A stretch of DNA of 64,000 nt from Eledone cirrhosa (GCA_964016885.1 OZ024744.1:74338001-74402000); one strand, 5' to 3'; shown: positions 50,385 through 63,683, numbered from the stretch's first letter. Notes: generated from the letters alone by a model not told the origin. Translations and numbers: made by a program.

Positions 50385-53300
50385 TGACCCTCCCAAAGTA
50401 TAACAATATCGGTTTCAACACACGATTTCAGATAAAGAATCTTGCTAAACAAATTCAGAAACGAAATATCGTAAGCCTTAGCCAGGCTAACAAGATACTG
50501 AAAACCACCATGTTCTGTTGTCTACGAAAAACCATAACATCTCGACAACTACACTTCATAAAACTGTGCACCACTTCTAGAATCTACACCAACACCATCA
50601 ATACCAACGTTAGAAGATTACAACTCACCAAAAAACAAGCAGATAGGCTAAAACGAACTTTAATTCTAAACATAAAAAAGAAGATCTATAGAGAATTAAG
50701 TCATCAAGAAAAACTAAAGCGTAACCTAATACAAGAAATATCTAAAATCACCACACCAGCAGAAAAACTAACATTTATAAGCCTTATACGCCCCGAAGAA
50801 CAGTACATTACTCAAGAATGTGATAACCACTTTAACAGAAAATTAAAGTGGCTTAAACAGGCAAAGCTAAATCGGGATACTATAGAGTATACCAATAGAT
50901 ATCCCGACAAAATTGACGGTATCAACATGGCCGACACCTCATTATCTGAAGAGTTCAACAACGAAAATACCAACATTTATGGAAACACGGAAATAGATAA
51001 TAATGAAATGTCTGTATTACGTCTGCCACCCAAATTTGCGACATTCAAGAGGGTAAATATGATTAGTTGTCTGTCAGAAATAGAAAAATCATTTACAAAA
51101 CTACGCTGGAGCATCAAAAACAAAAGCAACAATATACGCACACACATATACAACACACATCCCAACAACAACAGACACACAGACACAAACAACAATAACA
51201 ACAACAACAACAATAGCAACATAGCCAGATACAACAACAACAATAGCAACATACCCAGATACAGCAACAACAGACACGCAGACACAAACAACAATAACAA
51301 CACACACAGCAACGATAACACACACGGAGACAACAATAACAACAACACACACATCAACAACAATAGCAACATACCCAGATACAACAACAACAGACACGCA
51401 AACACAAACAACAATAACAACACACACAACAACGATAACACACACACACACGGAGACAACAACAAAACACATCAACAACAACACACATCAACAACAACAA
51501 CACACACGCATTCAATGCCTCTCACCACCACCACAATCTTAACAAACACACAGACACAGAAAACAAGTAATGACAGTAGCACAGAAATCAGAGAAATAGG
51601 AGAAAGTAATAGGATTAAAAAGAAAAGGAGATGGGAGACTAAGGACAAAGAGAATAACCAAGACGAACACACAGACACACAAAATAGGGTAGATAACAAC
51701 ATTGAGCCAGTGGAAAGAGACAGGAGTAATTATGAGAGACATAGAAACAACCATGAAGCTGAGGCTGCTGGTGGAAATAGAAATAGAAATAACACAACTA
51801 ACAATAATAATAGCACTAGTACACATAAAGCAGCAGCCTGGAACTCTCCGTTTTATAACCCCTCCGATAAATCATTCGACCTACGACGAGTCCACGCCAC
51901 GACTTTGCCATTTAACAAACGCACGCAGTTGCCGTCGCAGGTCGATGAACAAACAGAAGCACAATTTAGTATAGCTAAATCCGAACTTAGAAATATTATA
52001 GAACAGTATAGCAAGAAGCATAATAGAATAGAGGCCCAGCAACTGGGAGAAGAATCTGCAAATGGCTTGCGTAAGCTCATGCAGCGCTCGCGTAATGGAG
52101 AGATAGCATGTTTTCCAACAGACAAGTCTGGCAGAATGTCGGTTGACAGCCTGCCAAACTACATCCAGGCAATGCAACCCCACATCACTAACACAAGAGA
52201 GGTAACACCACAGGAGCATGAGGATAGAGAAAAAGCCCTCAATGCCCATATGGTGATGTAGACGAATATAATGCAGCCCAACAAAAGGACTGCCAACAAC
52301 TTCCAGGCCTGGAACAATGACGTGCCGGCGTTGTATGGGCTTCGAAAAGACCATAAAACGGGCTGGGACCCTGTCACGGGACCACCAACACGACCAGTCT
52401 GTGGGGCTAACATTGCTAGTAACTACAGACTGTCCTACTTCCTCTCCCTGATCATACGCCCCATCATTGAGATGTCCCCAGATGTGTGTGACAGCACGGA
52501 GGACCTCCTCAGCAGAATCGGCGCGGGTAACCGATCTGGGAACCTAACAAACTGCATAATAGGCAGTATGGATGTTGTGTCCCTGTATCCATCTATTGAC
52601 GTGGATTTTGCTGTGGAGAAATGCGTAGAAATGATCAGCGAGAGCAAGGTTGAGTTCCGTGGGATTGATACCAGTGAGCTGGGACTTCTACTTAAGCTTA
52701 CCCATAGTAATAGTTACCTAGACACTTATGACCTTAGCAACCTGTGCCCTACAAGACCAGCAAGAGGCAGACCACCTACCATTACCTCAATGGCCAAGAA
52801 AACCCACACAGATAGATGGAACGGGTGGACCAGAGCCATACGGACACCCGAAAACCACGATGAACTGAAGAAAATGATTGCACATGCGGTAGGGGCCAGC
52901 ATGAAATTAACCCTTAAGGAACATATGTTCAAATTTAATGGTAAAACATATGCCCAAGAGGAAGGAGCAGCCATTGGTGTTAGCATTGCAGGCGACATAG
53001 CTAACTTATTCATGGTATGGTGGGACAGTAGACTTAAACAAAAACTTAATGAACAATTAGAAGACAGCTTAACCCTGATAATGTACTCCCGCTACGTAGA
53101 TGATATAAACATCGTAGTTAAGACACCCCCACTAAAGAACAGTCAGGAACTAGAGAAAAACACAATGGAAAGCATCCAGCAAATAGCAAACTCCATCCAC
53201 CAGAGCATTAGAGTTACTATAGACTACCCAAGTAGACACCCCAACCATCGATTACCTGTACTAGACACAGAGCTCTGGTTAGATACCATTAACAACCAAA

Positions 53301-54223
53301 AACAAATCCTCCATTCCCATTATGCCAAACCCATGACTTCCAAACATCTGATCCACCGAAACTCGGCCATTTCGGACCATACCAAAATCAACATACTGAT
53401 TGCGGATTTGGTACGGGTGATGAGAAATGTGTCCCGCATGTGCAACCCCGAAGAACTAGAGAGACACATACAACACTTCATCCACCGTATGCAGTTCTCT
53501 GGCTACAATCAGAGAGATAGAATCAGAGTGTATAAAGGAGCCAGAACCAAATGGGAAAAAATGGTAAATAATGACATAAATGGGACCTGCCCCTTGTATA
53601 GGAGCAAATTTTGGAATAGAATAGAAAGAACTAGGAACAAGGCCAATAGAATAAACTCATGGTATGATAGCAATAAATACCAGAGTGTAATGTTCATCAA
53701 TACAACCCCTAGAGGCGAACTAGCCTACAAATTTAGAAGGGCCCTAAATAAACATAATCTCAATATTAAGATAGTAGAAAGACCTGGTACCTCCGTAAAA
53801 ACACTTATTAGCAAGACATACCCGTTCCAAAGACCCTCATGTATAGATAAGAAATGTATAACCTGTAAAATAAGCCCCCATATTAACTGTAAAACTAGAA
53901 ATGTAGTGTATAGCATAAGATGTACTGAAGGACAATGTAGAAACAAAAATATAGTGTACATAGGTGAGACAGCTCGTAGTATAGGGGAACGAATAAATGA
54001 ACACTGGCGAGACCTCCAAGATAATAAAGAATCATCTGTGCTCTACCAACATGCTAAGATAGAACACAGGGGTAGATTAGAGAGCATAGAAATAAAAATA
54101 GAATCCACACACAGAAAAGACGCAATGTTTAGGCAAATTACAGAGGCAGTAAGCATAAAAGAATTAAAACCAAAATTAAATAGAAAATACGACTGGAGCA
54201 GCAACATCACAACTTACAATTAA
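50385..54223 (+). pseudogene. Penelope-like RT + GIY-YIG polyprotein with a single in-frame TAG (52259-52261)
   Basis: ORFs 50360-52261 and 52271-54223 are in the same frame; DKS, LYGLRKDHK, RPV, SMDVVSLYPSI, GAAIG, RYVDD, LPVLD; C..C..C linker, VVY..C..C..YIGET.R..ER..EH, RQITEA, LN.K..W. Confidence 0.93.
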
Positions 54224-54511
54224 GGACAAAATGAAAACACACACACACATAGAACAAACAACTTACAATTGAAAACACACACAAAATGAAAACACACACA
54301 GGAGAAAATGAAAACACACACACACATAGAACAAACAACCAACCAACAATAAATAAATAAATAAATAAACAAATAGAAAAATGAACACAAACACACACAG
54401 ACACCCGGATGTGGCACATGCGTAAACTGAGCACACAACACACACAGAAACAAAATGGCGTAGGATAGAAGAAAGAAAAGGCACAGAAACGAAGAGAAGA
54501 AAGGAATCCCC

Positions 54512-54556
54512 AGTCACTGAAGAGGTCACAGAGTGTGTGACGAAAGGACTATGACT
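54512..54556 (+). ncRNA. 3' pLTR minimal hammerhead motif
   Basis: Identical to 50189-50233. Confidence 0.72.
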
Positions 54557-54724
54557 ATATATATAAACAACTATCTGGTTGTGGAACCAACCAACCAACC
54601 AGAAATTTATAAGTTTGTAGATTTGTAAATTTATAAATTTATAAATTTATAAATATATAATAAATTGAAGTGAAAGCAACTGGTGCGTGTGTTTCTTATT
54701 GGCAACATGACACTCCCAAAGTAT

Positions 54725-54780
<56 letters not shown>

Positions 54781-54783
<3 letters not shown>

Positions 54784-54916
54784 AAATAGGTGTCGAAACG
54801 GCTTGAGTTCTGCCGTCGGGACCATCATTTTTCCTATTACCCACAATACTACCTTAAGTATTGAGTACTCTGGTGCGTTACGGTCCATCTGGTTCCTTAC
54901 CACAATTCCTTCGTTA
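54781..54916 (+). repeat. Small (TA)n-embedded repeat, same family as 42485-42616
   Basis: GTCGAAACGGCTTGAG...TTGAGTACT.TGGTGCGTTA.GGTCCA.CTGGTTCCTTACCACA.TTCCTTCGTTA. Confidence 0.85.
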
Positions 54917-54935
54917 TATATATATATATATATAT

Positions 54936-57002
54936 GGTTATACTTGGGGAGGGTCATATTTGTGTAATATTGCCAGAATTAATAACAGAACACACTCACT
55001 GTTTGGTTGGTTTTCACTTTTCGCTTCTGTGTCTTTTATATCGGTAATCTAATTTATTCGGTCCTCAATGTTGCCATTGACTGACCGACGGTCAAAAATA
55101 ATACAGATACAATATAGACACAAACACATATATATAGTTTATCAAAGTTCTTTCGTTGCACATCTGCAACACCGTCAGTGGTGCTATTGTTTCCTCCCGT
55201 TACATTGTATGTCTACGCCATCTTTATTTAGTCTGTTTATATATTTATTTATTTATTTATTTGTTTGTTTATTTTATTTTGTCTTCTTTGCGCATGCGTT
55301 TGCGTGTGTGTATAGTGTTTTGTTTGATGTGTGTTCGTGATTGGTTGACTGTGTATTGGTTAATTTATTCTATCTTTACTAGTGTGTGTTTATATGTGTT
55401 TGTTGTTATTGTGCTAGTGTATTTATTTATTTATTTATTTATACTTCTCTTAGGTCAGTGTTGTTTGTTTGGGTGTTGTTGTTATTCCATTCATTCTTTC
55501 TGTTTAGTCTTGGCCTTCTAAGTTCTATTTCACTGGCCTCTCTGATTTGCCTATCTGCTGGGTCATTTCTATGTTTAGATATTATTCTAATTTCTATGTT
55601 GTCTATGTTACCGTCGTGTTGTTGTCTGGCATGTTCGTATAGTACTGAACCGTTTTTTCGTCCTTTTAGTTCCCCCAAGTGTTGGTCTATCCTTTCACCT
55701 ATGCTACGAGCTGTTTCGCCTATGTATGTTGTTGTCATGTTTCTGCAAGTACCCTCTGTACATCTTATGCTATAGACTACGTTTCTAGTTTTACAATTTA
55801 TCCGGGGGTTTACCTTAGGGCCTTTCTACTCTGGTTAGCTAATTTTCCTCTAGGGGTAGCATCCACAAACATGACACTCTGGTATCTCTGGTTGTCGTAC
55901 CAAGAGGTGGCTTTCCCTATCTTATGTCTAGCCCTATCTAAGCTATTCCATGATTTGCTCCTGTATAATGGGCAAATCCCTTTCATGTCCAGTTCTATGA
56001 GGGTCTTATACTTCTCCATGGCTCCTTCGTATACTCTGACTCTGTCTCTTTGGTTGTAGCCAGAGATCCGAATGCGGTTGATGAAGTGTTGGATGTGTCT
56101 TTCCATTTCTGTTGGGTCGCACATGCGGGACACATTCTTCATCACTCGTACCAAATCAGCGATCAGAATGTTAAACTTAGCACTACTGGACATTGCTGAG
56201 TTTTTGAGTATCAGGTATTTGGAGGCCATGGGTTTAGCATAGTGTGAGTGGAGAATTTGGGCTCTCTCGTCTATAGTGTTAATCCAGAGTTCCGTGTCTA
56301 ATACAGGTAGTCTATTGTTAGGGTGTTTGGAAAAGAAGTCGATAGTTACAGTTATACTCTGGTGTATGGAATTAGCTATCTGCTGGATGCTTTCCATTGT
56401 GCTACGTTCTAAATTAAACTTGTTAGTGCTCTCTAGTTTACGTAACGAGAGTACATGATGAGGTCTGTGGAGCTCTCATTAAGGAGATCTTTAAGTCTCC
56501 TTTCCCACCATACCATGAAAAGGTTGGCAACATCACCAGCTATGCTGACGCCAATGGCTGCTCCCTCATTTTGGGCATAGATCTTCTCGTTGAACTTGAA
56601 TATGTGGCCCTTCAGGGTAGTTTGGTACTAGCCCCTATTGCATGTGCGACCATTTTTCTTACCTGATCATTGTTTTGGGGGGTCTGTATAGCTTTGGTCC
56701 ACCCAATCCACCTTCCCATGGGAGTCTTTTTTGTCATTGAGGTTATGGTGGGGCGTCTACCTCTTATGAGTCTACTAGGGCATAAACGTCTAAGGTCATG
56801 GCTGTCTAGGTAGTCAGTGTCGTAGGTAAGTCTAAGTAGGAGGCCCAGTTCGTCTGTGTCGACGTCGCAGAACTCCACCTCACTCTCAATGATCATCTCC
56901 ACACATTTTTCCACAGCAAAATCAATGTTAATGGATGGGTACAGTGATACCACATCCATGCTACCTATTATGCAGTTGGATAGGTTCCTGTTTTTGTTGC
57001 AC
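54936..57002 (-). mobile_element. 5'-truncated, frameshifted Penelope-like element, related second family
   Basis: ORFs 56612-56959, 55810-56397 and 55439-55738 are homologous to 52271-54223 (MDVVSLYPSI, RLPVLDTELW, YIGETARS); pLTR with degenerate hammerhead at 55141-55184 (CTGACGG..GTTGCA/TGCAAC-GAAA); ends ATGACCCTCCCCAAGTATAACCA + (TA)n. Confidence 0.92.
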
Positions 57003-57004
57003 TC

Positions 57005-59900
57005 ACTGATTCTGTAGACGGATTAGCACTTTAGTTAAACAGCACTTGACAGGGGCCATTGTCAACAACAGATGGTGATACTCTCTCAAGAGGGCAGTTA
57101 GATTAGACTCGTTAGTTTTTAGTAAAGAATTAGCGTTAGTTAGAAATAGAACCGAGAAGGAACTGGTAGATAAAGTAGAAGAGGCAATTAGAAGTGGCAA
57201 CGTAGCCAGCGTGCTAGCAACGAGAACGGCCTTGGGCCAGTTCTTCGACGCAAAGCACGAGGGCTGCGTTGTCAGAAGCAAAATACTTGCTCTGGGAAAC
57301 GAGGTAGCCAAAGCTGTTAGCTGGGCCCGAGTGACGGAGGCAGAAAGTGGCAACAAGTCCACGATTCGGTCTTTGAAGGACCAAAACGGACGCGTGATAC
57401 GTGAGCCGAAGCAGATGTGTGCGGCCTTTCAGCGGCACTTTGCTCAACTGTTCGGGCGGGGCGGCGCTCCGGGAGGCGCTATGGATTTCGGTCCATACCT
57501 CGACGGCCTACCGCGACTCTCGCCCAGCGAGGCAAAGTTCTGCGAAAAGCCGATTTCAGCCGCTGAGATAGGGGACGCGCTGAGCCAATGCGGCAAACGC
57601 AAATCTACAGGTCTCGACGGTCAACCCTACGAATTTTACGTAGCAATGCCGGACTTATTCTCGGCTCTCCTGGAAGCGGTCTACTGCAACTGGCAACAGA
57701 ACGGGAGAATTCCAAGTTTTGTAACCGGGGGCGTAGTCACACTAGTCAGGAAGGACGAGAATAAGGGGGTTGACATAGGCAACTTCCGGCCCATAACTCT
57801 GCTAAATACAGAGTTACAGATTTTGGCCAAGGTGTTGGCAAAGAGGCTGGAGCTTGTCGTCGAGAAGCTGGTGGAAGAAGCGCAGACATGCGCAATCCCG
57901 ACCAGGTCCATACACGACAACCTCCACCTCATGCGATACATCCTAGAGAAGGTAGGGTGTAAACCCGGCTTCGGTGGGGCCCTGATCAACTTGGATCAGT
58001 CTAATGCTTTCGATAGGGTTGACCATCGTTACATGGATGCGGTGCTCGAGGCGGCAGGCTTCGGACCCGTGTTCAGGGGCTGGATTGCTGCAATGCACAA
58101 CAGCAACATCTGCTCAAGGGTCAAGGTGAACGGCTACCTCTCGGAGCCGTTCCATATTACGCGATCCATTCGACAGGGATGCCCTCTCTCCTCCCTTCTG
58201 TACGTACTGACTCTCGAGCCACTACTGCGAAAGTTGGAGCTATTGCAGGGCATTCTTCTGGAACCGGACTGCGGAAAGCGGCGCCGGCCTACGCCGACGA
58301 CGTGACAGTAATGGTGTCGAGAGCCTCGCAAATCGAGGAAGTCGGCACCTTACTGAAGGAATACGAAAGTTTCACAGGAGCGAAGCTGAACCGGGACAAG
58401 TCCATCGGTTTGCAACTCGGATCGTTGAGAGGCAAAGCGATGCCTTCCGATGGGTCGTCGGACGCTGGACGGAAGGACCGGTAAAGCTGCTCGGGGTCTG
58501 GTTTGGTCCGGACCTCCAGGTGGAGAAGAACTGGAATGAAGTGACGGCCAAGGTGATTGCACTCACCCAGAAGTGGGCCGAATGCAAACTATCCTTGCAA
58601 GGTCGAGCGGAGGTGGCGAACAGTTTTATTGCGTCCGCCATCTATTACCGCTTGACCGTCGTGCCTTGTCCAGCCAAAACGCTCGTCAAAATAGACCGCG
58701 CACTCTTCCAATTCCTTTGGAAGTGGCGGGCTCCTTTGGTGAGAAGATCCATCGGCTGCCAACACCCTTCTAACGGAGGGCTGGAGATGCTGTGGTTGAC
58801 GATGCGCAAACACGCGCTCAGGCTGCGGCATCTCTACGTATTCCTCACCGGACAACCGGTGTGGGCTCCGTTCGTGAGGCGAGCCTACCCACGACTCGTC
58901 TCGCTGACCGAGCTGCAGTCCTGGGTCAAGCAAAGACCGAGGAAAATGGGCGACTGGCACATCGAATGTGCTCAGGCGCTCACAGCCCTCTGGTAGGCGA
59001 ACCCGGCGATCAGTGGAGACTCCACTTCGTCATTCTATAGAGGGTTGATCCGCAGCAAGTGCGACGACGCAATCGGTGAAACTCTAAGAGTAGAGGAAGA
59101 TGAACTGGCCAGTCTGTTCGGTAGGACCTTCCGCCCGGGACCGATGGACAACTTCCAAAAGTCCCTGGCCTGGCAGTGCTACCGATGAGCTCTACCAGTT
59201 AGAGACAAGCTCTACAGACATGGGCGCCCGGGCAGGGACCCTGCAAAAAAGATCTGTCCGAGGCGTATGCGAGACGAAGAAACCGTCGCGCAGGCATTCA
59301 TACACTGCCCGGGCGTCACCGACCTGTGGGGCTATGTAGAACGACTGTTGTCGCAGGTGGGACCAATCCGGTTGACCACCGAGTCCACTGCCATGATCAA
59401 ACTGCCACCCTCCTTCAAAAACGAAGGAGAGGCTGTTTTCCTTTGTGTGATAGCTATGACTAAAGAGGTTGTATGGTGGACAAGGTTGAAAGGGCTGAGG
59501 TCAGACACCTTTCTCTCCGGCCAACAAATGATTCTTTTTTTCAAATACCACTTTGGAAGAAGAATCAGCATGGAGTACCCCAGAAAGTTTTATGAAAGGT
59601 GCGTGAAAGTGGCGAGAATGGCCCAGGTGAATGGGCCTTCTCTCTATATCAGCCTGTAGGTTGAGGAAAAAGAGGAGGAGAGGAAAGTGGTACAAATTCT
59701 TCGTACTCCTGGAGATGAGGGTTACACATTTTTTTCGGGGGTATGTGTTACCCATATGTAATGTCTCCCCCTATTGGGGAAAATCGACTAATTTTTTTAA
59801 ATTGCATTTGTGATAACATTTTACACGTTTTTATTGTATGTAAACTTCCCCCTTTGTATTTGTCCCCTTCTTTTGTGCCCCTGTGGCTAATAAAGAAACA
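57005..59900 (+). mobile_element. 5'-truncated degenerate Tx1 ORF2 + 3' UTR ending in (TATC)n
   Basis: ORFs 57211-58305, 58520-58996 and 59267-59659 are homologous to 22482-24911; the terminus is locally duplicated at 59941-59978. Confidence 0.93.
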
Positions 59901-59937
<37 letters not shown>

Positions 59938-60189
59938 CTCTGTGCCCCTGTGGCTAATAAAGAAACATATCTATCTCTCGTAGTATAAATTCTTCCTTTA
60001 TTGTTCTTTTCCTCCATTCTTCACTTTTCTCTTTCGGTACTGACTTGTTTCATTTCTTTTACCCTTCTCTTCTTTATATTTTCATTCTTTATTTCTTTCC
60101 TTCAATTATTCATAGATTCTTTCTTGTTACTATTTTTATTTTATTGCATGTATTTCTTTCTCAGTGTTTTATTACTTCTTCCTTGTAAA

Positions 60190-60404
60190 GGGCGGTAGAT
60201 TGGCAGTATCGGTAGATAGACGGAAGCCATGCTTTGCAGCATCGAGTTACGGCCCTTTACCGTCTGAGTTCAAATCCCACCGAGGTTAACTTTGTCTTTG
60301 ATCCTTACGGGGTCGATAAAATAAAGCACCAGTAACGTACTGGGTCGATTTAATCGATTTTCCCCTCCCCCGAAATTACTTGCCTTGGGCCTATACTAGA
60401 AATC
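60190..60404 (+). mobile_element. tRNA-derived SINE
   Basis: GGGCGGTAGATTGGCAGTATCGGTAGA, GAGTTCAAATCCC, ATCCTTACGGGGTCGATAAAATAAAGCACCAGT. Confidence 0.88.
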
Positions 60405-60474
60405 ATTTTTTTTTTCCTTGTAATCTTTAACTTCTCTCCTCCATATTTTGTTGTTTATTTTTTTCTCGCCAAAT

Positions 60475-60560
<86 letters not shown>

Positions 60561-61009
60561 TGGCGTAATGCCTGCTGATCAATCTTGGCTAGCTTTGTTC
60601 CAAAGACATACGTCAGTTTGGCGGTTGTGTTCATCGATTAATGCTGTGTTGTATTGGCAGGCTTATTTCTTTTTACTGACAATTGAAGTCAATGACTCTT
60701 CTATGTGCAGTTTATTCATTCATTTGTGCGTTTATTTATTTATTTAATTAATTATTTAATTAATTATTTAATTAATTATTTAATTAATTATTTAATTAAT
60801 TATTTATTTATTTATTTATATTTATTTATTTATTCCTAGACTGTAATTCATATCACTGTTAAAATTAAGATTGTGTTTTTATATTTTAATTTAAGAACAT
60901 ATCATGTAATCTACCTTGGAAAAAGTAAATGTCTCTTCGTTGGGGATCTACAAAGTTACAAAATAAAGGCATACTGTAATAAGTTTGAGTCAAAATCAAA
61001 TAATATAAA

Positions 61010-61862
61010 GGAAAAATAGGGGATTAGTGGAGGATAATTGCGACGACGTTCTCGGGGAAAATCTAGGCATCGAGGAGGACGAACTGACCAATCTGTTCGG
61101 GAGTATTTTCCGCCCAGGGCCTAATGGATAACTTCCAGAGGTCTCTGGCCTGGCAGTGCTACCGAAGAGCTCTGCCAGTTCGAGACAAAATCTACAGGCA
61201 CGCTCTGGCAGAGATCCTGCTAATAGGACCTGTCCAAGATGCGAGCAGGACATCGAACTCGTTCTACACGCAGTTGTTCAGTACCCAGGGGTGACCGACC
61301 TGTCGAATTATGTTGAACAGCTACTGTCACATGTGGGACGCATCCAGTTGTCAGCCGAGTCCATCGTGAGGATCACCCCGCCGCCTTCATTTAAGAATGA
61401 GGTTCTGTCTGGTGGCTATGGCTAAAGAGGTAATGTGGTGGACGAGGTTAAAAGGACTGAGGGCAAACACCTGTCTCTTCGGACAACAACTCATCTCCTT
61501 CTTTAAGTACCACTTCAGAAGGAAGGTGGGAGTGGAGAGAGAGGTGCTATATCCCAGTAAATTCGCTGAAAGGTCGGTGAATGTGGCGAAAATGGCCCGA
61601 GTGAATGGGACTTCTCTGTATATAAACCTGTAGGTTGAGGAAGACAAACAGAGGGAAGACGGGAACACCTACAAAACGTGTTCCTGGTGTTGAGTGTTGT
61701 TCTATCCCCGTGGTGTAAAACAACCCCGCAGTAACGTTACCCCTATTGTGGATTTCGATTGTTTTATTTTTATATATTTTATTGTTATACATTATTATTG
61801 TTAAAGATTTTATATAAAACCCCGTAATATCCCATTTTTGCACGCTCCTGTGGAAAATAAAG
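61010..61862 (+). mobile_element. 3' fragment of another Tx1 family ending in (TATC)n
   Basis: RTCPRCEQD.E.VLHAVVQ, MAKEVMWWTRLKG, EREVLYPSKF; distinct 3' UTR ending CTGTGGAAAATAAAG + ATATCTATCT. Confidence 0.9.
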
Positions 61863-61908
61863 ATATCTATCTATCTATTTATCTATCGATCCATCCATGT
61901 CTCTCCCC

Positions 61909-61967
<59 letters not shown>

Positions 61968-61969
61968 AG

Positions 61970-63062
61970 TGGAAGCTTAGTAAAGTCGAAGCTTTGGGTG
62001 TGGCCAAGCGATCGACCTACAATTAGGAATGAGCAGCAAAGCACTCCATGAGGTCTGGTCTGAGTAATAACATACGCTTAGACAGCTTGACAAATTGGAA
62101 ATTGCGGCAGGCAGACCTAGCCACATAATACCCAAAACAACGAAGAAACTAATCAGGTTAAGCAACTGACCTGGACATATCGAATGATATTTTGCAATAC
62201 GTTCGATAGGTTTCTATGAAATCCGATTTCATCCATCCAGCCTACGTAACATGATGGTACCACAAGATGGTACCACAAAGAGGAGGATGAAGTTAGTAGT
62301 AGCAGTAGTGGTTTCTGCATCTTTTTTCTTTTAGTTTTGGTTTTCTCAAATTATAATCGAACTAGGATTCACGTCGTCAATAGGAAATTTCGTTCTATGC
62401 CTCAAGCCGGTGTGGACTGGAACACTGAACTGCTATCAGTCGTAGCTCCCAGTGTTCCACTGTCACGTGTTTTTTTTCAACAAGGGAAGTAATCCCCGGT
62501 TTTTGGCCGGTAAATTCAAAGTGTGAACAAAGGAATTCAATTCCGTTCCACATTCCGAATGAAAAGCTCTCGACTAAACGTTATTAAACAAACATAAATA
62601 ATTAACCAATCAATGGAATTGTCTAATTAAATTAATTAGTTAATCATTAAGTCTAGGAGATAATAACACAAGTGGAAGGAAGCTTATTAAAATCGAAGCT
62701 TTGGCTGTGGCCAAGCGAACGACCTACACTATAGGAATATGTAGATATATCTTAGTCATACCATTACCCATATCATCCGTATCAGGCGTTTCCAATGTGC
62801 AGGTCATATCATGAGGCAATGAACCTGCGTCCAAACCTTTACTTTGTGCGCCCATTAATGTTAAACGCAAACGCGGAAGTCCTCTTAAGACATTAAAAAG
62901 AGTAATTAAGGAAGATACGGTAGAGAACAGAGGCTGTTAAAGTTGGATCGTTTGAGATAGAAAGGTTTTATGATGGCACCACAAAGAGGAGGATGAATTT
63001 AGTAGTAGCAGTAGTGGTTTCTGCATCTTTTTTCTTTTAGTTTTGGTTTTCTCAAATTATAA
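61970..63062 (+). repeat. Two-block duplication with ~707 bp period; degenerate RTE-like 3' end at 62750-63015
   Basis: Block A 61970-62030 ~ 62679-62740; block B 62267-62356 ~ 62973-63062; second interior reads IRIRRFQCAGH..KRKRGSP..EDT. Confidence 0.7.
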
Positions 63063-63683
63063 CTGTTTGTTTATTTGTTCTTTTTGTTAATTTAATCATA
63101 AAACTGTTCCTTTATTTAGAAGCGATATATTCACTAATATCAAATGTGCTTTTCACTCATGTGTTTTGAAACAACGCGGCCTACTATTAAGCAATAAACA
63201 ACAAATCAAAAAGTATATTTGCAAAAATGTGTACATTATGAAACGCCGAAAGATAACACTTCTTTTTGGCATCGAGAAACGGTGTAGACAATTAAGTATA
63301 TTTAAACCATTTGTTGGTGAATAGACATAAGTAAAAACGTGAAAAAATATCTTAAAAATCAAATACGAATTTTACTGCATCGATTTCTGACATAGGCACA
63401 TGTCTAAAAATGTTGAAGCGGGTAAGAGAGGAACAGGTGATTAATAAAACACTAGTACTTCCGTGGAATCTTAGTATTTTGTGAAAGCCGATTGAAGGAA
63501 GATAAAGTGTTCCTCGGTGGGACTTGGAATGAGAACGCAACGAGCCGGAAATATACTGTGTAAGTTAACATATATACAGCTTAAGGTTAATATGCTTTCA
63601 CGAAAATGTTATAGAGTACACCGAATTTTATTTTATTTTATGTGATCATGTGATCACTACTATTTCAGCGTCAATTGTGAAGA

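Larger units (their letters stand above)
49488..54730 (+). mobile_element. Near-complete Penelope-like element (possibly Nematis-like): inverted pLTR + pLTR + ORF + 3' pLTR
   Basis: 49488-49978 is the reverse complement of 49983-50469; 49980-50408 is directly repeated at 54300-54730; (TA)n on both sides. Confidence 0.95.

Noticed and set aside
60730-60835. 12-bp AT-only minisatellite (TTAATTAATTAT)n as a homeodomain site array
   Set aside because: Embedded in a (TTTA)n run and adequately explained by slippage.
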